From Candidatus Wildermuthbacteria bacterium (GTDB lineage: Bacteria; Patescibacteriota; Minisyncoccia; Minisyncoccales; UBA10102), in NCBI GenBank assembly GCA_016186115.1, contig JACPMK010000002.1:200983-264982 (forward strand): a stretch of 64,000 nt of DNA, in the 5' to 3' direction. The translations under genes and the position numbers were made by a program. Below are positions 39,293 to 49,009 of this stretch, piece after piece. A model generated the notes under the pieces. It was not told the origin of the DNA. It searched no databases and saw nothing but the letters and a program-made list of their open reading frames with translations. The number at the start of each line of letters is the position of its first letter. Position 1 is the stretch's first letter.

Positions 39293-40276
39293 CTACAGCG
39301 AGGCGGGCTGGAAATCGGGATGCTCTTCTAAAATTTTCCCCATTGCTGGTTTCGATAACAATCCCTCGCGAGCGCCGATATATTGAATTACTGATGCAGA
39401 ATTTACTGCGCCCCAACGCATCGCCTCTTTTGTATCGCATCCATAGGCAAGTGCAGAAATAAATCCCGCAGAATAAGCATCTCCTGCTCCTGTCATTTCT
39501 ACCACGGGAACGCGGAAAATATCAAGATAGTAGTAATTCTGCCCATCGAAACAATACGAACCCTTCCCATCGTCGGTGATCACCACGGTCTTTGGACCTC
39601 GCTGGCGCAACTCATGCAAAAGTTTTTTCACATCACTCGAATTTCCCAACAAGGTCTGCGCTTCATCCTTGTTTACCAGAAACACGGCCGTAACATCCAA
39701 AATTGGCTGCAAAACTTGCAGTCCTTCTTTCAATTGATGACTGCCGGGATTAAATCCTAATTGAGTTCCTGATTTTTTGATATACTCCGGGATCTGGGTA
39801 TGCAGTTTTTCGTGTTCAGGAGCAAGAGAACTAAAATACATCCACCTTGCAGGAGCAAGATTTGGCAAATCATAATCCCTTGGCTCATGATGCACAATAA
39901 TAGTGCGTTCGCCCTTGTAATTCAACACCGCAGAAAAATTGCTGCCATGCTTTTTGTCCCAAATAATATAATCAGTCGCAACTTTTTCTTTTTTGAAAAC
40001 TTCCCACTCTTCTTTGCCAACTCCGTCATGCCCAAGATGCGTATAGAACGCTGCTTTCAGCCCTAGGCGCGAGGCACCAATTGCAACGTTTGCCGAATTT
40101 CCCACTGCCGCAACCACGGTATATTTTTTCGCCGGCATTTTCTCTGCAAAAATCAACCCCAAATATTGTCGTCCATCTTCGGGGTCAGTCAAAACCTTTG
40201 TTTCTTCCTCCAATTCCAAGAACACGTCGTACTGCGTATCTCCCACTGAAATTAAATCAAACTTTGGCTTGGACAT
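39293..40276 (-). CDS. PfkB-family carbohydrate kinase
   Basis: GNSANVAIGASRLG, TGAGDAY anion-hole motif. Confidence 0.92.
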   Translation of the reverse strand: MSKPKFDLISVGDTQYDVFLELEEETKVLTDPEDGRQYLGLIFAEKMPAKKYTVVAAVGNSANVAIGASRLGLKAAFYTHLGHDGVGKEEWEVFKKEKVATDYIIWDKKHGSNFSAVLNYKGERTIIVHHEPRDYDLPNLAPARWMYFSSLAPEHEKLHTQIPEYIKKSGTQLGFNPGSHQLKEGLQVLQPILDVTAVFLVNKDEAQTLLGNSSDVKKLLHELRQRGPKTVVITDDGKGSYCFDGQNYYYLDIFRVPVVEMTGAGDAYSAGFISALAYGCDTKEAMRWGAVNSASVIQYIGAREGLLSKPAMGKILEEHPDFQPASL

Positions 40277-40301
40277 AATAAAAAATATTCTTGGCAATCT
40301 T

Positions 40302-41309
40302 TTATACCTTGCGTTTCAAAACCTTTTTTACTGCTTTGATAATGTGGGGATGGGTTAGGCCAAAGGCATCCATTAATTCGTCGGGGGAGCCGGACTCGCC
40401 AAAACGGTCTTGCACGCCAATACATTCTACTGGCACGGGACATTCTCGGCTAAGCAATTCCGCAACCGCCCCTCCCAATCCTCCAGCGATCTGATGTTCT
40501 TCAACCGTCACTACTGCTTTTGTTTTACTCACCGATTGCAAAATTGTTTTTTTATCAAGCGGTTTCACCGTATGGCTGTTTAATACTTCAACCGATACTC
40601 CCTGTTTTTCGAGCAAGTGCGCGGCAAGCAATGCCTCGTAGAGCACTGGGCCGCAGGCAATAATTGTTGCATCTTTACCTTGCAAAAAAATTTCGGCCCG
40701 TCCAAATTGAAATGGGGTCTGAAGAGTTGTAAACAAAGGCGTCTTTTCTCTTGCGAAACGAAGATACACAGGGCCTTCGATTGCGGCAGCGGCCACGGTT
40801 GCTTTTTTTGCTTCAATCGCGTCGCACGGAACAATCACCCGCATGTTGGGTAGTACACGCATCAACGCAATATCCTCGAGCGCCTGATGGGTTGCGCCGT
40901 CAGGCCCCACAGAAATACCAGCGTGCGCCCCTGCTATTTTCACATTGGCATTGTTCAACGCAACGGTCGTGCGAATCTGTTCATTGTTGCGGCCGGGAGA
41001 AAACGCTGCATAAGACGAGATGAAAGGAACTTTTCCAGCCAAGGCCATTCCCGCGGCAAGCGAGGCCATGTTTTGCTCTGCAACGCCAACTTCAACGAAG
41101 CGCTCCGGAAACTTTTTCTGGAAATATTCAGATCGAGTTGACTCTGACAAATCTGCGCACAGCACCAAAATTCTTTTGTCTTTCTCCCCTGCCTCAACCA
41201 ATCCCTCTCCATACCCATTTCTCGTTGGGATTTTTTCGATATCTTTCTCAAAAATTTTTTCCGCCAAATGCGCTTTTGAATTACTCATGTTCTGAAACAA
41301 TTTTGCCAT
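40302..41309 (-). CDS. transketolase C-terminal subunit
   Basis: GVAEQNM, GPDGATHQALED, EEHQIAGGLG. Confidence 0.94.
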   Translation of the reverse strand: MAKLFQNMSNSKAHLAEKIFEKDIEKIPTRNGYGEGLVEAGEKDKRILVLCADLSESTRSEYFQKKFPERFVEVGVAEQNMASLAAGMALAGKVPFISSYAAFSPGRNNEQIRTTVALNNANVKIAGAHAGISVGPDGATHQALEDIALMRVLPNMRVIVPCDAIEAKKATVAAAAIEGPVYLRFAREKTPLFTTLQTPFQFGRAEIFLQGKDATIIACGPVLYEALLAAHLLEKQGVSVEVLNSHTVKPLDKKTILQSVSKTKAVVTVEEHQIAGGLGGAVAELLSRECPVPVECIGVQDRFGESGSPDELMDAFGLTHPHIIKAVKKVLKRKV

Positions 41310-42171
41310 GCAATGTTCGCAATTCTTTCAAGGCAATCTTCACCTGCTGATTTTTGGGCGGCTCGCCCGGAATATCCGAAATGCCGGGCGGAACGCCGTG
41401 CCACTTGAAATCGTTTTCCATATAACTCACGCCCTTGCCGGGAATCGTTTGCGCAATGATAATTGTTGGCTTTTGGTGAATGGCCTTGGCCTGATTGCAG
41501 GCATCAATAATCTGTTCCAGATTGTGCCCGTCAATTTCAAGCACATGCCAATTGAATGCCTCGTATTTTGCTTTTAACGGCTCAAGGGGCATGACATCTT
41601 CCGTGCAGCCATCGATTTGAATATTGTTGCGATCGATAATCGCGGTGAGATTGTCGAGCCGGTTTTTCCCTGCAAACATTGCTGCTTCCCAAATTTGGCC
41701 TGATTCCTGCTCAGCATCAGACATTGCGCAGTACACCCGCCAGCGGGTTTTGTCGATATACTTTCCCACATAGGCCATACCTGCTGCTTGCGACAAACCA
41801 GAGCCCAAAGGTCCCGACGTGGTTTCAACTCCGGGGAGTTTTTCCCGCTCCGGATGCCCCTGCAATCGAGATCCGAATTTTCGCAAGGTCATAAGCTCTT
41901 TCAATGGAAAATAGCCGGCCCGGGCCATGGTTGCGTATCGCACAGGGCAAATATGCCCATTGGATAAAATCAAGCGATCTCGTTCTTCCCACGCTGGATT
42001 TTTGGGGTCGTGGTTCATTACGGCAAAATACAACGCGCAAAAAACATCGGCCATGCCCAAAGGCCCGGCTGAATGCCCCGATCCCGCCTCGACCAGCATC
42101 TTTATAATATCCTGCCGTATCTCGTTTGCGATTTTCTCTAGCTCCTCAATAGAGTACTGTCTCTTTATCAT
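41281..42171 (-). CDS. transketolase N-terminal subunit
   Basis: GSGH, RDRLILSNGH, LQGHP, GPLGSG, GKGVSYME. Confidence 0.94.
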   Translation of the reverse strand: MIKRQYSIEELEKIANEIRQDIIKMLVEAGSGHSAGPLGMADVFCALYFAVMNHDPKNPAWEERDRLILSNGHICPVRYATMARAGYFPLKELMTLRKFGSRLQGHPEREKLPGVETTSGPLGSGLSQAAGMAYVGKYIDKTRWRVYCAMSDAEQESGQIWEAAMFAGKNRLDNLTAIIDRNNIQIDGCTEDVMPLEPLKAKYEAFNWHVLEIDGHNLEQIIDACNQAKAIHQKPTIIIAQTIPGKGVSYMENDFKWHGVPPGISDIPGEPPKNQQVKIALKELRTLHGKIVSEHE

Positions 42172-42241
42172 AGAAATAAGCGATTCCCTTATTATACCAA
42201 ACCTCCCCGCTTTAGAGGAGATTGGATATTAACAGATAATT

Positions 42242-42901
42242 TTACTCCACGAACCGAAATGTGGAAAGAATTTGCTGATAAATATCCTGCGGGAAATCTC
42301 CCCATCCGCTGCTAATTGCATCAATTCTGTATACCCTTTCTAAATCTCCCTGAATAATGGTAGTAGAGGTCATATCGCTTACCGAAATAAATTCTACCTT
42401 TGCAGCATTTCTTCCATTGAAGAGTATCTCCTGGAGATTCCTGTGGCCCACTGCTGGCTCGCCAGAAGGTACTTGTGATATAGGTTCTCTATATGCCTTA
42501 ACCCAATCATAAGGAGCGAGGTCAGTGTGTATGACACTAATAGTCAAAACTGGATAGTGTCCCGTTGTCCATTTCTGATCATGGAACTTTATTCCAAATT
42601 CTTCCCCGCTACGAAGTCCAGGAGGGTATTCTTCGCTAACAAAATCATCTGGATACCTTACCTCAAACCCATACTCTTCATTGCGATAGGTTTGCCACCC
42701 TGAAGTATTGATCGATGACGTAGGTGTGGACGTATGCACCGTAATTTGACTCTCTGCCAATTGCTGGATTTCTTGGATAAGACGCTTCTCTTGCGTCTTT
42801 CCGAACCACCATACTCCCCCGCCCGCAAGGACGGCAATAATAAAAACAACACATATGAACTTCCAGTTAATTTTGCTTGATATATCAATAAGTTTCATCA
42901 T
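42242..42901 (-). CDS. membrane-anchored protein with PsbP-like WxTYxN..YP domain
   Basis: TM helix; WQTYRNEEYGFEVRYP; C-terminal QILSTFRF. Confidence 0.78.
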   Translation of the reverse strand: MMKLIDISSKINWKFICVVFIIAVLAGGGVWWFGKTQEKRLIQEIQQLAESQITVHTSTPTSSINTSGWQTYRNEEYGFEVRYPDDFVSEEYPPGLRSGEEFGIKFHDQKWTTGHYPVLTISVIHTDLAPYDWVKAYREPISQVPSGEPAVGHRNLQEILFNGRNAAKVEFISVSDMTSTTIIQGDLERVYRIDAISSGWGDFPQDIYQQILSTFRFVE

Positions 42902-43176
42902 TATTTTCGAAATCGTTTATATACTCTACTGCGGTGTTCAACGCCATAAAGGGTAATCTCTTTCCTTGAATGGTCGACCCAAAATAAAACTCGCCAATCA
43001 CCTACTCTGTATTTCTGGAGATTAGCAAGGTCTTGAGGAAGATATTTTAAAGTATGTCTCAAAAGTTTTGGACTGTCAGCAAGCTGCTCTACCTTATCGA
43101 TAATTCTTTTTGCAATTGGGCGATCTAACTTTTTGATATATGCATCGAAGGTGAGAGTAGTACGAATACGATACAT
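42901..43176 (-). CDS. RelE/ParE-family toxin
   Basis: KYRVGDWRVLF, VEHRSRVY. Confidence 0.9.
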   Translation of the reverse strand: MYRIRTTLTFDAYIKKLDRPIAKRIIDKVEQLADSPKLLRHTLKYLPQDLANLQKYRVGDWRVLFWVDHSRKEITLYGVEHRSRVYKRFRK

Positions 43177-43182
43177 AAAAAG

Positions 43183-43398
43183 CTAGAGTTTTCTCTTGAG
43201 TTCTGCCAAGCTGTGAGTTCGTCCTTTCACATGCTCTCTTCTGGCTTTTCTCATCTTTTTGATAAACTCGGGGTCGCTTGCGAGGGCAAAATCTTCCAAC
43301 TCATCACGAAATTTCTCCCACTTATCGTAGGCCTCCAACATAGAATCTACCACGCGTTTTGGCACCTCAACTGTTTTTATCCCATTTCTTTTAATCAT
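43183..43398 (-). CDS. putative antitoxin
   Basis: Directly upstream of the RelE gene; DPEFIKKMRKARRE..GRTHSLAEL. Confidence 0.75.
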   Translation of the reverse strand: MIKRNGIKTVEVPKRVVDSMLEAYDKWEKFRDELEDFALASDPEFIKKMRKARREHVKGRTHSLAELKRKL

Positions 43399-43442
43399 AG
43401 TTCTATGATAGTTCCTCTTACTCTTGATGTCAAAGAACATAT

Positions 43443-44093
43443 CTACTCAATAAATCGAAATGTGAAAAGGATATGGTTAAGGGTAAAGAGGAGTTGCTGC
43501 TTAGCTTCGGCGTCGCGACGCTCAAGATCACGGATTTTTTCCTCGTCGACGTAGAAATTTCCAGCATTGCCAAGGTGCGTTTGAAGAGTGATGCGATAAC
43601 ATGCATTTTCTTTTTTCGCGGTATAAACAGTGCCCTCGTAGATATTTCCGGCTGCTGACCCCGTCCATTCGCTTTGTTCAAAACTCATGCCATTCTTTAC
43701 GACAATTTTTTTGACGGGAAAATTGGGGCATACATTGTTTCCAACCAAAATATTGATATTTGCATCAAAAAAATTCTCCACCGGAATATATTTTTTGGGA
43801 AATACCAAAGCAGCGCCTTTTGCCTCTACATCTTGCGCAATAATATCGCTATTTTCCTTGAGAAAAAAATCTGAAGGATAAGAAATTTGGTAGCCGTGTT
43901 CCGCGTTACGATACGTTGCCCAACCTTGAGGAATTTTTTCTCGCGATAGAGAAAAGATATTTGTCGGCACTTCCTGAATTTGCTTTTTGGTCATCTGAAA
44001 ATACCCTGCCATTCCCCCTCCCACCACAATCCCCAGCGCAAGGATTATCGCGATAAACTTCCAATTGGTTTGGGGATTAGAAAATAAATTCAT
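43443..44093 (-). CDS. membrane-anchored protein with PsbP-like domain (paralog of 42242-42901)
   Basis: NWKFI TM; WATYRNAEHGYQISYP; HILFTFRF. Confidence 0.78.
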   Translation of the reverse strand: MNLFSNPQTNWKFIAIILALGIVVGGGMAGYFQMTKKQIQEVPTNIFSLSREKIPQGWATYRNAEHGYQISYPSDFFLKENSDIIAQDVEAKGAALVFPKKYIPVENFFDANINILVGNNVCPNFPVKKIVVKNGMSFEQSEWTGSAAGNIYEGTVYTAKKENACYRITLQTHLGNAGNFYVDEEKIRDLERRDAEAKQQLLFTLNHILFTFRFIE

Positions 44094-44102
44094 ATTGTTA
44101 AG

Positions 44103-44741
44103 TTATTGCACGATTTCCTGTAATTTTTTTAAAGAATCGGCTGGATCGTGCGATTTCCAGATGCCGCTGCCGACCACAGCGTAATCCGCGCCTGCGGCAA
44201 AAATATCTCTGATATTTTCTTCTTTTACTCCCCCATCCATTCCGACAAGGATATCTCTTCTCTGGAAACGAATCTGCGGGATTTTTTGCATGGTGTCGGG
44301 AATAAATTCTTTTCCCTGAAATCCAGGGTCAATGCCCATGCAAAGCGCAGAATCAACTTGAGACAAATAAGGTTGAACTTTCTCAACCGTTGTTTCTGGA
44401 TTCAATGCCATTCCAATATGAAATTGACACTGATGAGCTTTCTCCAAAACCGTGTCGATACTTTGAGATGCTTCGTAATGAAAAATGACCCGCTTTGCTC
44501 CAACCTCGTCGCAGTCGCGAAAGTATTTTTCCGGCTCCAATACCATCAAATGAAATTCAAGATTAAACACTTCGTATACGCCGCTCAATTCAAAAATGCT
44601 TACCGAATTATTCGGCACAAAATACCCGTCCATGATATCGATATGAACCCAATTGGTGTGGCCCTTCAATATCTCGAGTTTGCCGCGCAAATCAGCAGGA
44701 TCAGCCGTTAGAATTGCAGGGATGACTTTTTGCATTGCCAT
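44103..44741 (-). CDS. rpe: ribulose-phosphate 3-epimerase
   Basis: HIDIMDGYFVPN, HLMV, PGFQG, DGGV. Confidence 0.95.
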   Translation of the reverse strand: MAMQKVIPAILTADPADLRGKLEILKGHTNWVHIDIMDGYFVPNNSVSIFELSGVYEVFNLEFHLMVLEPEKYFRDCDEVGAKRVIFHYEASQSIDTVLEKAHQCQFHIGMALNPETTVEKVQPYLSQVDSALCMGIDPGFQGKEFIPDTMQKIPQIRFQRRDILVGMDGGVKEENIRDIFAAGADYAVVGSGIWKSHDPADSLKKLQEIVQ

Positions 44742-44750
44742 CGCTAAAAA

Positions 44751-45209
44751 CTAAGCTTCTAAGTCCTCAATTTTCTTTAGACGGCGTTCATGCCTTCCGC
44801 CCTCAAAAGGTGTCTCGAGCCATACCTTCACGGCTTCGAGCGCTTCGTTCTTGGAAAGAAACCTTGCGCCCAAAGCAAGAATATTTGCATTATTATGCTG
44901 GCGCGAAAGTTTCACGATATCAATAGGACCCCCATAATATACCACGGCACGGATGCCATTTATCTTATTTGCCGCAATGGCCTCGCCCTGACCCGAGCCG
45001 CCAAGCACAATACCGAGAGTATCGTCCTTGCCCTGAGTCCATCGAAGGGCAACAGCTTCAGCAGCTGGGCGAACGAAATCCGGATAATCGTCATCCGGAT
45101 TCAATGCAAAAGCTCCCATGTCTTCCACTTCAAAACCATTTTTCTGGAGATATTTCTTTATCTCCTCTTTGAGTTCAAACCCTGCGTGATCCGCGCCAAG
45201 ATAAATCAT
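44751..45209 (-). CDS. rpiB: ribose-5-phosphate isomerase B
   Basis: GADHAG, DYPD, GSGQG, HNNAN, FEGGRHERR. Confidence 0.95.
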   Translation of the reverse strand: MIYLGADHAGFELKEEIKKYLQKNGFEVEDMGAFALNPDDDYPDFVRPAAEAVALRWTQGKDDTLGIVLGGSGQGEAIAANKINGIRAVVYYGGPIDIVKLSRQHNNANILALGARFLSKNEALEAVKVWLETPFEGGRHERRLKKIEDLEA

Positions 45210-45291
45210 ATTCTTCCAGTATACAAGATGACAAAGATTCCAACAATCCGTTTACATCCCCGGAGTTTACACCCCCGGGGTGTAAGTGGGG

Positions 45292-45765
45292 TTATTGACC
45301 CTCTTTGTTGCCGGTGCGTTTCCAAAGAACGCGGTCGCCGCCTTTGAGAATATACTGGCTTGCGCCGACTTGCGCGTATTCATCATTCACCCAGAATTGC
45401 CAATACATAGTATTGGTATTGCGCACTCCATTGATACCTTCGATAAATATGCCAACGCCAGGAAAATTTCTTGTATCCAGCTGCACTCCGTGGCGTTGTT
45501 CGACTGCTTTCAATAAATCGAATACAGTGTTTCTCTCCAATACAATTTCTCTGGGAAACGCCTGAACATCACCATTGCCATAGTCGACTTCCAAATCAAC
45601 CGCAATATCACGGCCAAGAAGATTGGCATCCGAATGTGCACCGAGCGGCACTGCTCCAGTGCCAGACACAACAATACCAGTTATCATTCCTGCAGCAAAT
45701 ATTCCCATGAAAGAAACTGCTGCAAGAACATATGGCGAGCGAAATGCATTCGTTACCCTGTTCAT
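45292..45765 (-). CDS. DUF4430 (transcobalamin-like C-terminal domain) membrane protein
   Basis: TVFDLL, GIFIEGING, YWQFWVN, VGASQYIL..GDRVLW. Confidence 0.85.
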   Translation of the reverse strand: MNRVTNAFRSPYVLAAVSFMGIFAAGMITGIVVSGTGAVPLGAHSDANLLGRDIAVDLEVDYGNGDVQAFPREIVLERNTVFDLLKAVEQRHGVQLDTRNFPGVGIFIEGINGVRNTNTMYWQFWVNDEYAQVGASQYILKGGDRVLWKRTGNKEGQ

Positions 45766-46343
45766 AAAAATTTTGCAAAATACAAAGATAACCGATGAAT
45801 AGCAAAAAGAAGCACGCCAATGAAAATGCCCAGCCATACCCATTGCATTGCGCTTCCAAAAACGAAATCAGCCGCAGCAAGGAGAACGCTCTGACGCTGT
45901 TCCGCCGCAATTCGGTTTTCGTTTGCAACTGCGTATGGTATTTCCAAACCCGTGCCCGTTGCCAATCCTTCTGGCGAGACGCGCTTTGCAACAATTCTGA
46001 TTTTGCCGGATTCTTCCTGACGCTGCGGTTCTGCCATTGTCAAAAGGATCACCTTTCTTTCTTTTGCATAAAGCGCAAAACGCGCCGGCTGCGCCGAAAT
46101 ATCATACGGCGCGTCTTTTGCAACAGTTACTTCGATCCACTCGGCATCAGAAGAAAAATTAGTCACCAATACTTTTTCTGTATGGGGCCACGACTCTGCC
46201 TTCTGCACCCGAATCTTTGAAGGCGTTACTCCAATGCCGCGTTCTGCAGCATTAACTTTAAAAAATCCAAAAACCAAAAGCAATGCCAATACGCCAACCA
46301 ATACCACTTTCTGTTCTTTCTTTATTCTGTTGGCGTACCCCAT
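45762..46343 (-). CDS. exported/membrane hypothetical protein (Ig-like)
   Basis: Signal peptide, GIGVTPS, C-terminal TM; overlaps both neighbours. Confidence 0.65.
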   Translation of the reverse strand: MGYANRIKKEQKVVLVGVLALLLVFGFFKVNAAERGIGVTPSKIRVQKAESWPHTEKVLVTNFSSDAEWIEVTVAKDAPYDISAQPARFALYAKERKVILLTMAEPQRQEESGKIRIVAKRVSPEGLATGTGLEIPYAVANENRIAAEQRQSVLLAAADFVFGSAMQWVWLGIFIGVLLFAIHRLSLYFAKFL

Positions 46344-48166
46344 AAGATGAGTGTCCCCTGCTTTGACCCAAACGAACTAAACCCAGCGGGAATAGACAAC
46401 GACACATCAAGATGCTCTGACGCGTCGATATCGAGCATTCTTTCAAACGCAGACCAAAGCATTCCTGCAATCTTCAAAAAGAGAAATACGGAATCGCCCT
46501 CCACCTCAGAACGCATCTTCAATTTCTTTTGCCCGGTATTGGTAAGGGTAACTTGCTTTGCCGCGCTGCTGCCGGGATTAAGTTTTCCGAATGCCAAGAA
46601 AGACGGCGATACAGAAAAACCAACATCTGACTTTTCTGGCTCCTCGGGGATATCTCCGAGTTCTGACACCTCAACTGACATCGCAACTGCTCTTGAGACC
46701 CCACCAACAATAACTGAAATAGAATCAGAACGTACACTACCCTCTTTTGTTGCAACAAACTCAAATACGCCATCTTTGGATAACGGAATTTCAAAAGATC
46801 CGTCTTCCAAGGCAATCCATTCTTTTCCATCGAACCAAAGCCGTGAGGCGCCTGCGCCATTCCATTGCGTTCCATCGAATTCTTTCACTACGCCCGACAT
46901 ACTCTCCCCTGTTTTGTATGAGGATTTCCCTTCGGTGAGCTGTATGCGCAAAGGGTTAATTCCCCATTCGCCGTAATACCACAACACCTCTTCACCCACG
47001 GAAAGAGCATATTCTGCTGCTCCGACAGCAGGAGAAACCCACTCGACAAAGTACATCCAGCCCGACATTCCCTGTGCTGCGTCGTTGCCAATACGAGAGA
47101 GATACGGGCCGAAATCCGTTTGTTCAATGCTGTAGGTATAGCCACATTGCTCTGATGCGTTTTTCACCACATCCATTGCGGTTGCCGCATGAACCACGCC
47201 CCTACAGAACAAAGCGCTGGAACCCTCAATCCGAAACGAAACTTCCTGCAACAAGGGCTGCCCCGGAGTTGCAATTTTTTTGATTGGAAAACTATTGCCG
47301 CTCAGTGCAATGAGTGCATCAGCGGTAGCTGCTTTATTATTAAAGTCAGAAGTCTCGGGCTGCACCCACCAAAATCCTCCATCTTGATCTTGGAGCGACA
47401 AAAGATGCTCAACGGGATTGTGCCCATTTATAGTCCATGAATACGGATCTTCACCAAGTTTATTGATGGCAACAATAACCCACGCATCACTGTTTGCATC
47501 AGAAGGCCTCCCAAATTTACTCTGGGGATCATAGGGAAAGCCGCCGTCATCATTTTGGGCACTTTTTATATATGAAATTGCCTTCTGAATCGCGGGGTCT
47601 TCTTTTGCCAGCCCCGCTTCCAAGAGCGCCACTATGGCAATTGCCGCATCATTGGTGTCGCTTGTTCCGCCAACGTTCCACCCCCAGCCGCCATCGCTGT
47701 TTTGATGATCAAGAATAAACTGTTTGGAATTTGCAATGATGAAATCATCCGCCGAAGTTCCCGCAGAACTCAACGCTAAAATTCCCCAGAAATCATCATT
47801 CAACTGATTTGGATCTCCCAGTTGGGTTGTACCTGCAAAGCCCCTGATTTTCTCAATGAAATTTTCTTTTGGGTATGTACGGGGATCTTTCTCGGCGGCA
47901 ACAAGCGCGAGAATTGGTTTTGCATAAGCAATTGCTGTGCTTGCAGAAAAATCTTTGAGATACGAAACATCGACGTCCTCATTCTGATCAACCGCGACAA
48001 ACGCCAATGTAATTCCGGGAGATGTCTCCTGTACGCGCAGATACGCGACCGCATCCGCGACATCGCCGTCAATGGCATCTGCTCTTGTGTCGCCCAACCC
48101 GGCAAACGATGTGCTGATGATAATGAGTATTACAACTATGAAACGAACGAAATACAATGTGTTCAT
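46322..48166 (-). CDS. secreted prenyltransferase/squalene-cyclase-repeat protein with DUF4430 domain
   Basis: QNSDGGW, QNDDGGF, QDQDGGF repeats; FGPYLSRIG..GWMYFV..VGAAEYAL. Confidence 0.85.
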   Translation of the reverse strand: MNTLYFVRFIVVILIIISTSFAGLGDTRADAIDGDVADAVAYLRVQETSPGITLAFVAVDQNEDVDVSYLKDFSASTAIAYAKPILALVAAEKDPRTYPKENFIEKIRGFAGTTQLGDPNQLNDDFWGILALSSAGTSADDFIIANSKQFILDHQNSDGGWGWNVGGTSDTNDAAIAIVALLEAGLAKEDPAIQKAISYIKSAQNDDGGFPYDPQSKFGRPSDANSDAWVIVAINKLGEDPYSWTINGHNPVEHLLSLQDQDGGFWWVQPETSDFNNKAATADALIALSGNSFPIKKIATPGQPLLQEVSFRIEGSSALFCRGVVHAATAMDVVKNASEQCGYTYSIEQTDFGPYLSRIGNDAAQGMSGWMYFVEWVSPAVGAAEYALSVGEEVLWYYGEWGINPLRIQLTEGKSSYKTGESMSGVVKEFDGTQWNGAGASRLWFDGKEWIALEDGSFEIPLSKDGVFEFVATKEGSVRSDSISVIVGGVSRAVAMSVEVSELGDIPEEPEKSDVGFSVSPSFLAFGKLNPGSSAAKQVTLTNTGQKKLKMRSEVEGDSVFLFLKIAGMLWSAFERMLDIDASEHLDVSLSIPAGFSSFGSKQGTLILWGTPTE

Positions 48167-48324
48167 AAAAATAAAAAACTCCTGGGATGGGAGTAGAGAC
48201 ATTTCCAAATTCACGCCTTCGCTGAATTGGGCTACATGCCTTCGTCCCTCCCTCGAGGGGCGAAAAACAAATCGTGTCTTTCGCGAACCCGCTTTTTGCG
48301 GGCTATTCAATGGATAGTGAACAA

Positions 48325-48478
48325 CCGCCAGTCGACCAGACTTACCCTTGCATGCTCTTATACATGAAAGAGATCACTGTTACGGGGTAGTGTGGGAATA
48401 CTTGCAGACCGTATCTGCAAGGTCACCTACTTCCTCTGGCTCGTTATTATTTTTCGACGTTCTGTATACTGAACCTGT
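48325..48478 (-). ncRNA. cobalamin riboswitch (probable)
   Basis: Minus strand AGGTTC..GAGGAAGTAGGTG..ATTCCCACACTACCCCGTAACAGTGA..AAGTCTGGTCGACTGGC resembles the B12-element core; upstream of DUF4430 genes. Confidence 0.72.
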
Positions 48479-48535
48479 ATTTTTATTTGTATTCTGTTCA
48501 GTAACCGTTGTCAAGAACTCCAGAACACATCCCTT

Positions 48536-48997
48536 CTATTCTTTTTTTGTTTTCATGAGCTTTTTCTCGAAGAATCGGAAAGGAGAAAATATCAACAGCG
48601 CCAGCAAAGCAACAAACACCGCAATAATATAGAGTTGAAATCCAACCGCAACTCCTATAGCTGCTACCACCCAAAGTCCTGCAGCTGTTGTAATACCCTC
48701 AACATGAGATTCTCGATGAAGAATAGCTCCTGCGCCGATAAACCCGATGCCAATTGCAACTGCGTAGATCACTCTGCTTGGATCAAAACTCACTCCCGGG
48801 CTTGTGCCCAACGCTTTTAATATTTCGATACCCACAATGGTGAACAGCGCAGACCCCAACGCCACCAAGGCATAGGTTCGCATTCCTGCTTCCTTTCCCT
48901 TCAATTCTCTTTCGATACCTACAAGTCCGCCAAGAACCACGGCCAAAAGCAATTGCAAGAATAGTTCGGGAGACGTTTGCGTAAAAAGATTGGCCAT
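48536..48997 (-). CDS. MgtC/SapB family protein
   Basis: GIERE..AGMRT, GIGFIGAG, GITTAAGLW. Confidence 0.93.
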   Translation of the reverse strand: MANLFTQTSPELFLQLLLAVVLGGLVGIERELKGKEAGMRTYALVALGSALFTIVGIEILKALGTSPGVSFDPSRVIYAVAIGIGFIGAGAILHRESHVEGITTAAGLWVVAAIGVAVGFQLYIIAVFVALLALLIFSPFRFFEKKLMKTKKE

Positions 48998-49009
48998 AAA
49001 AATAAAGTA

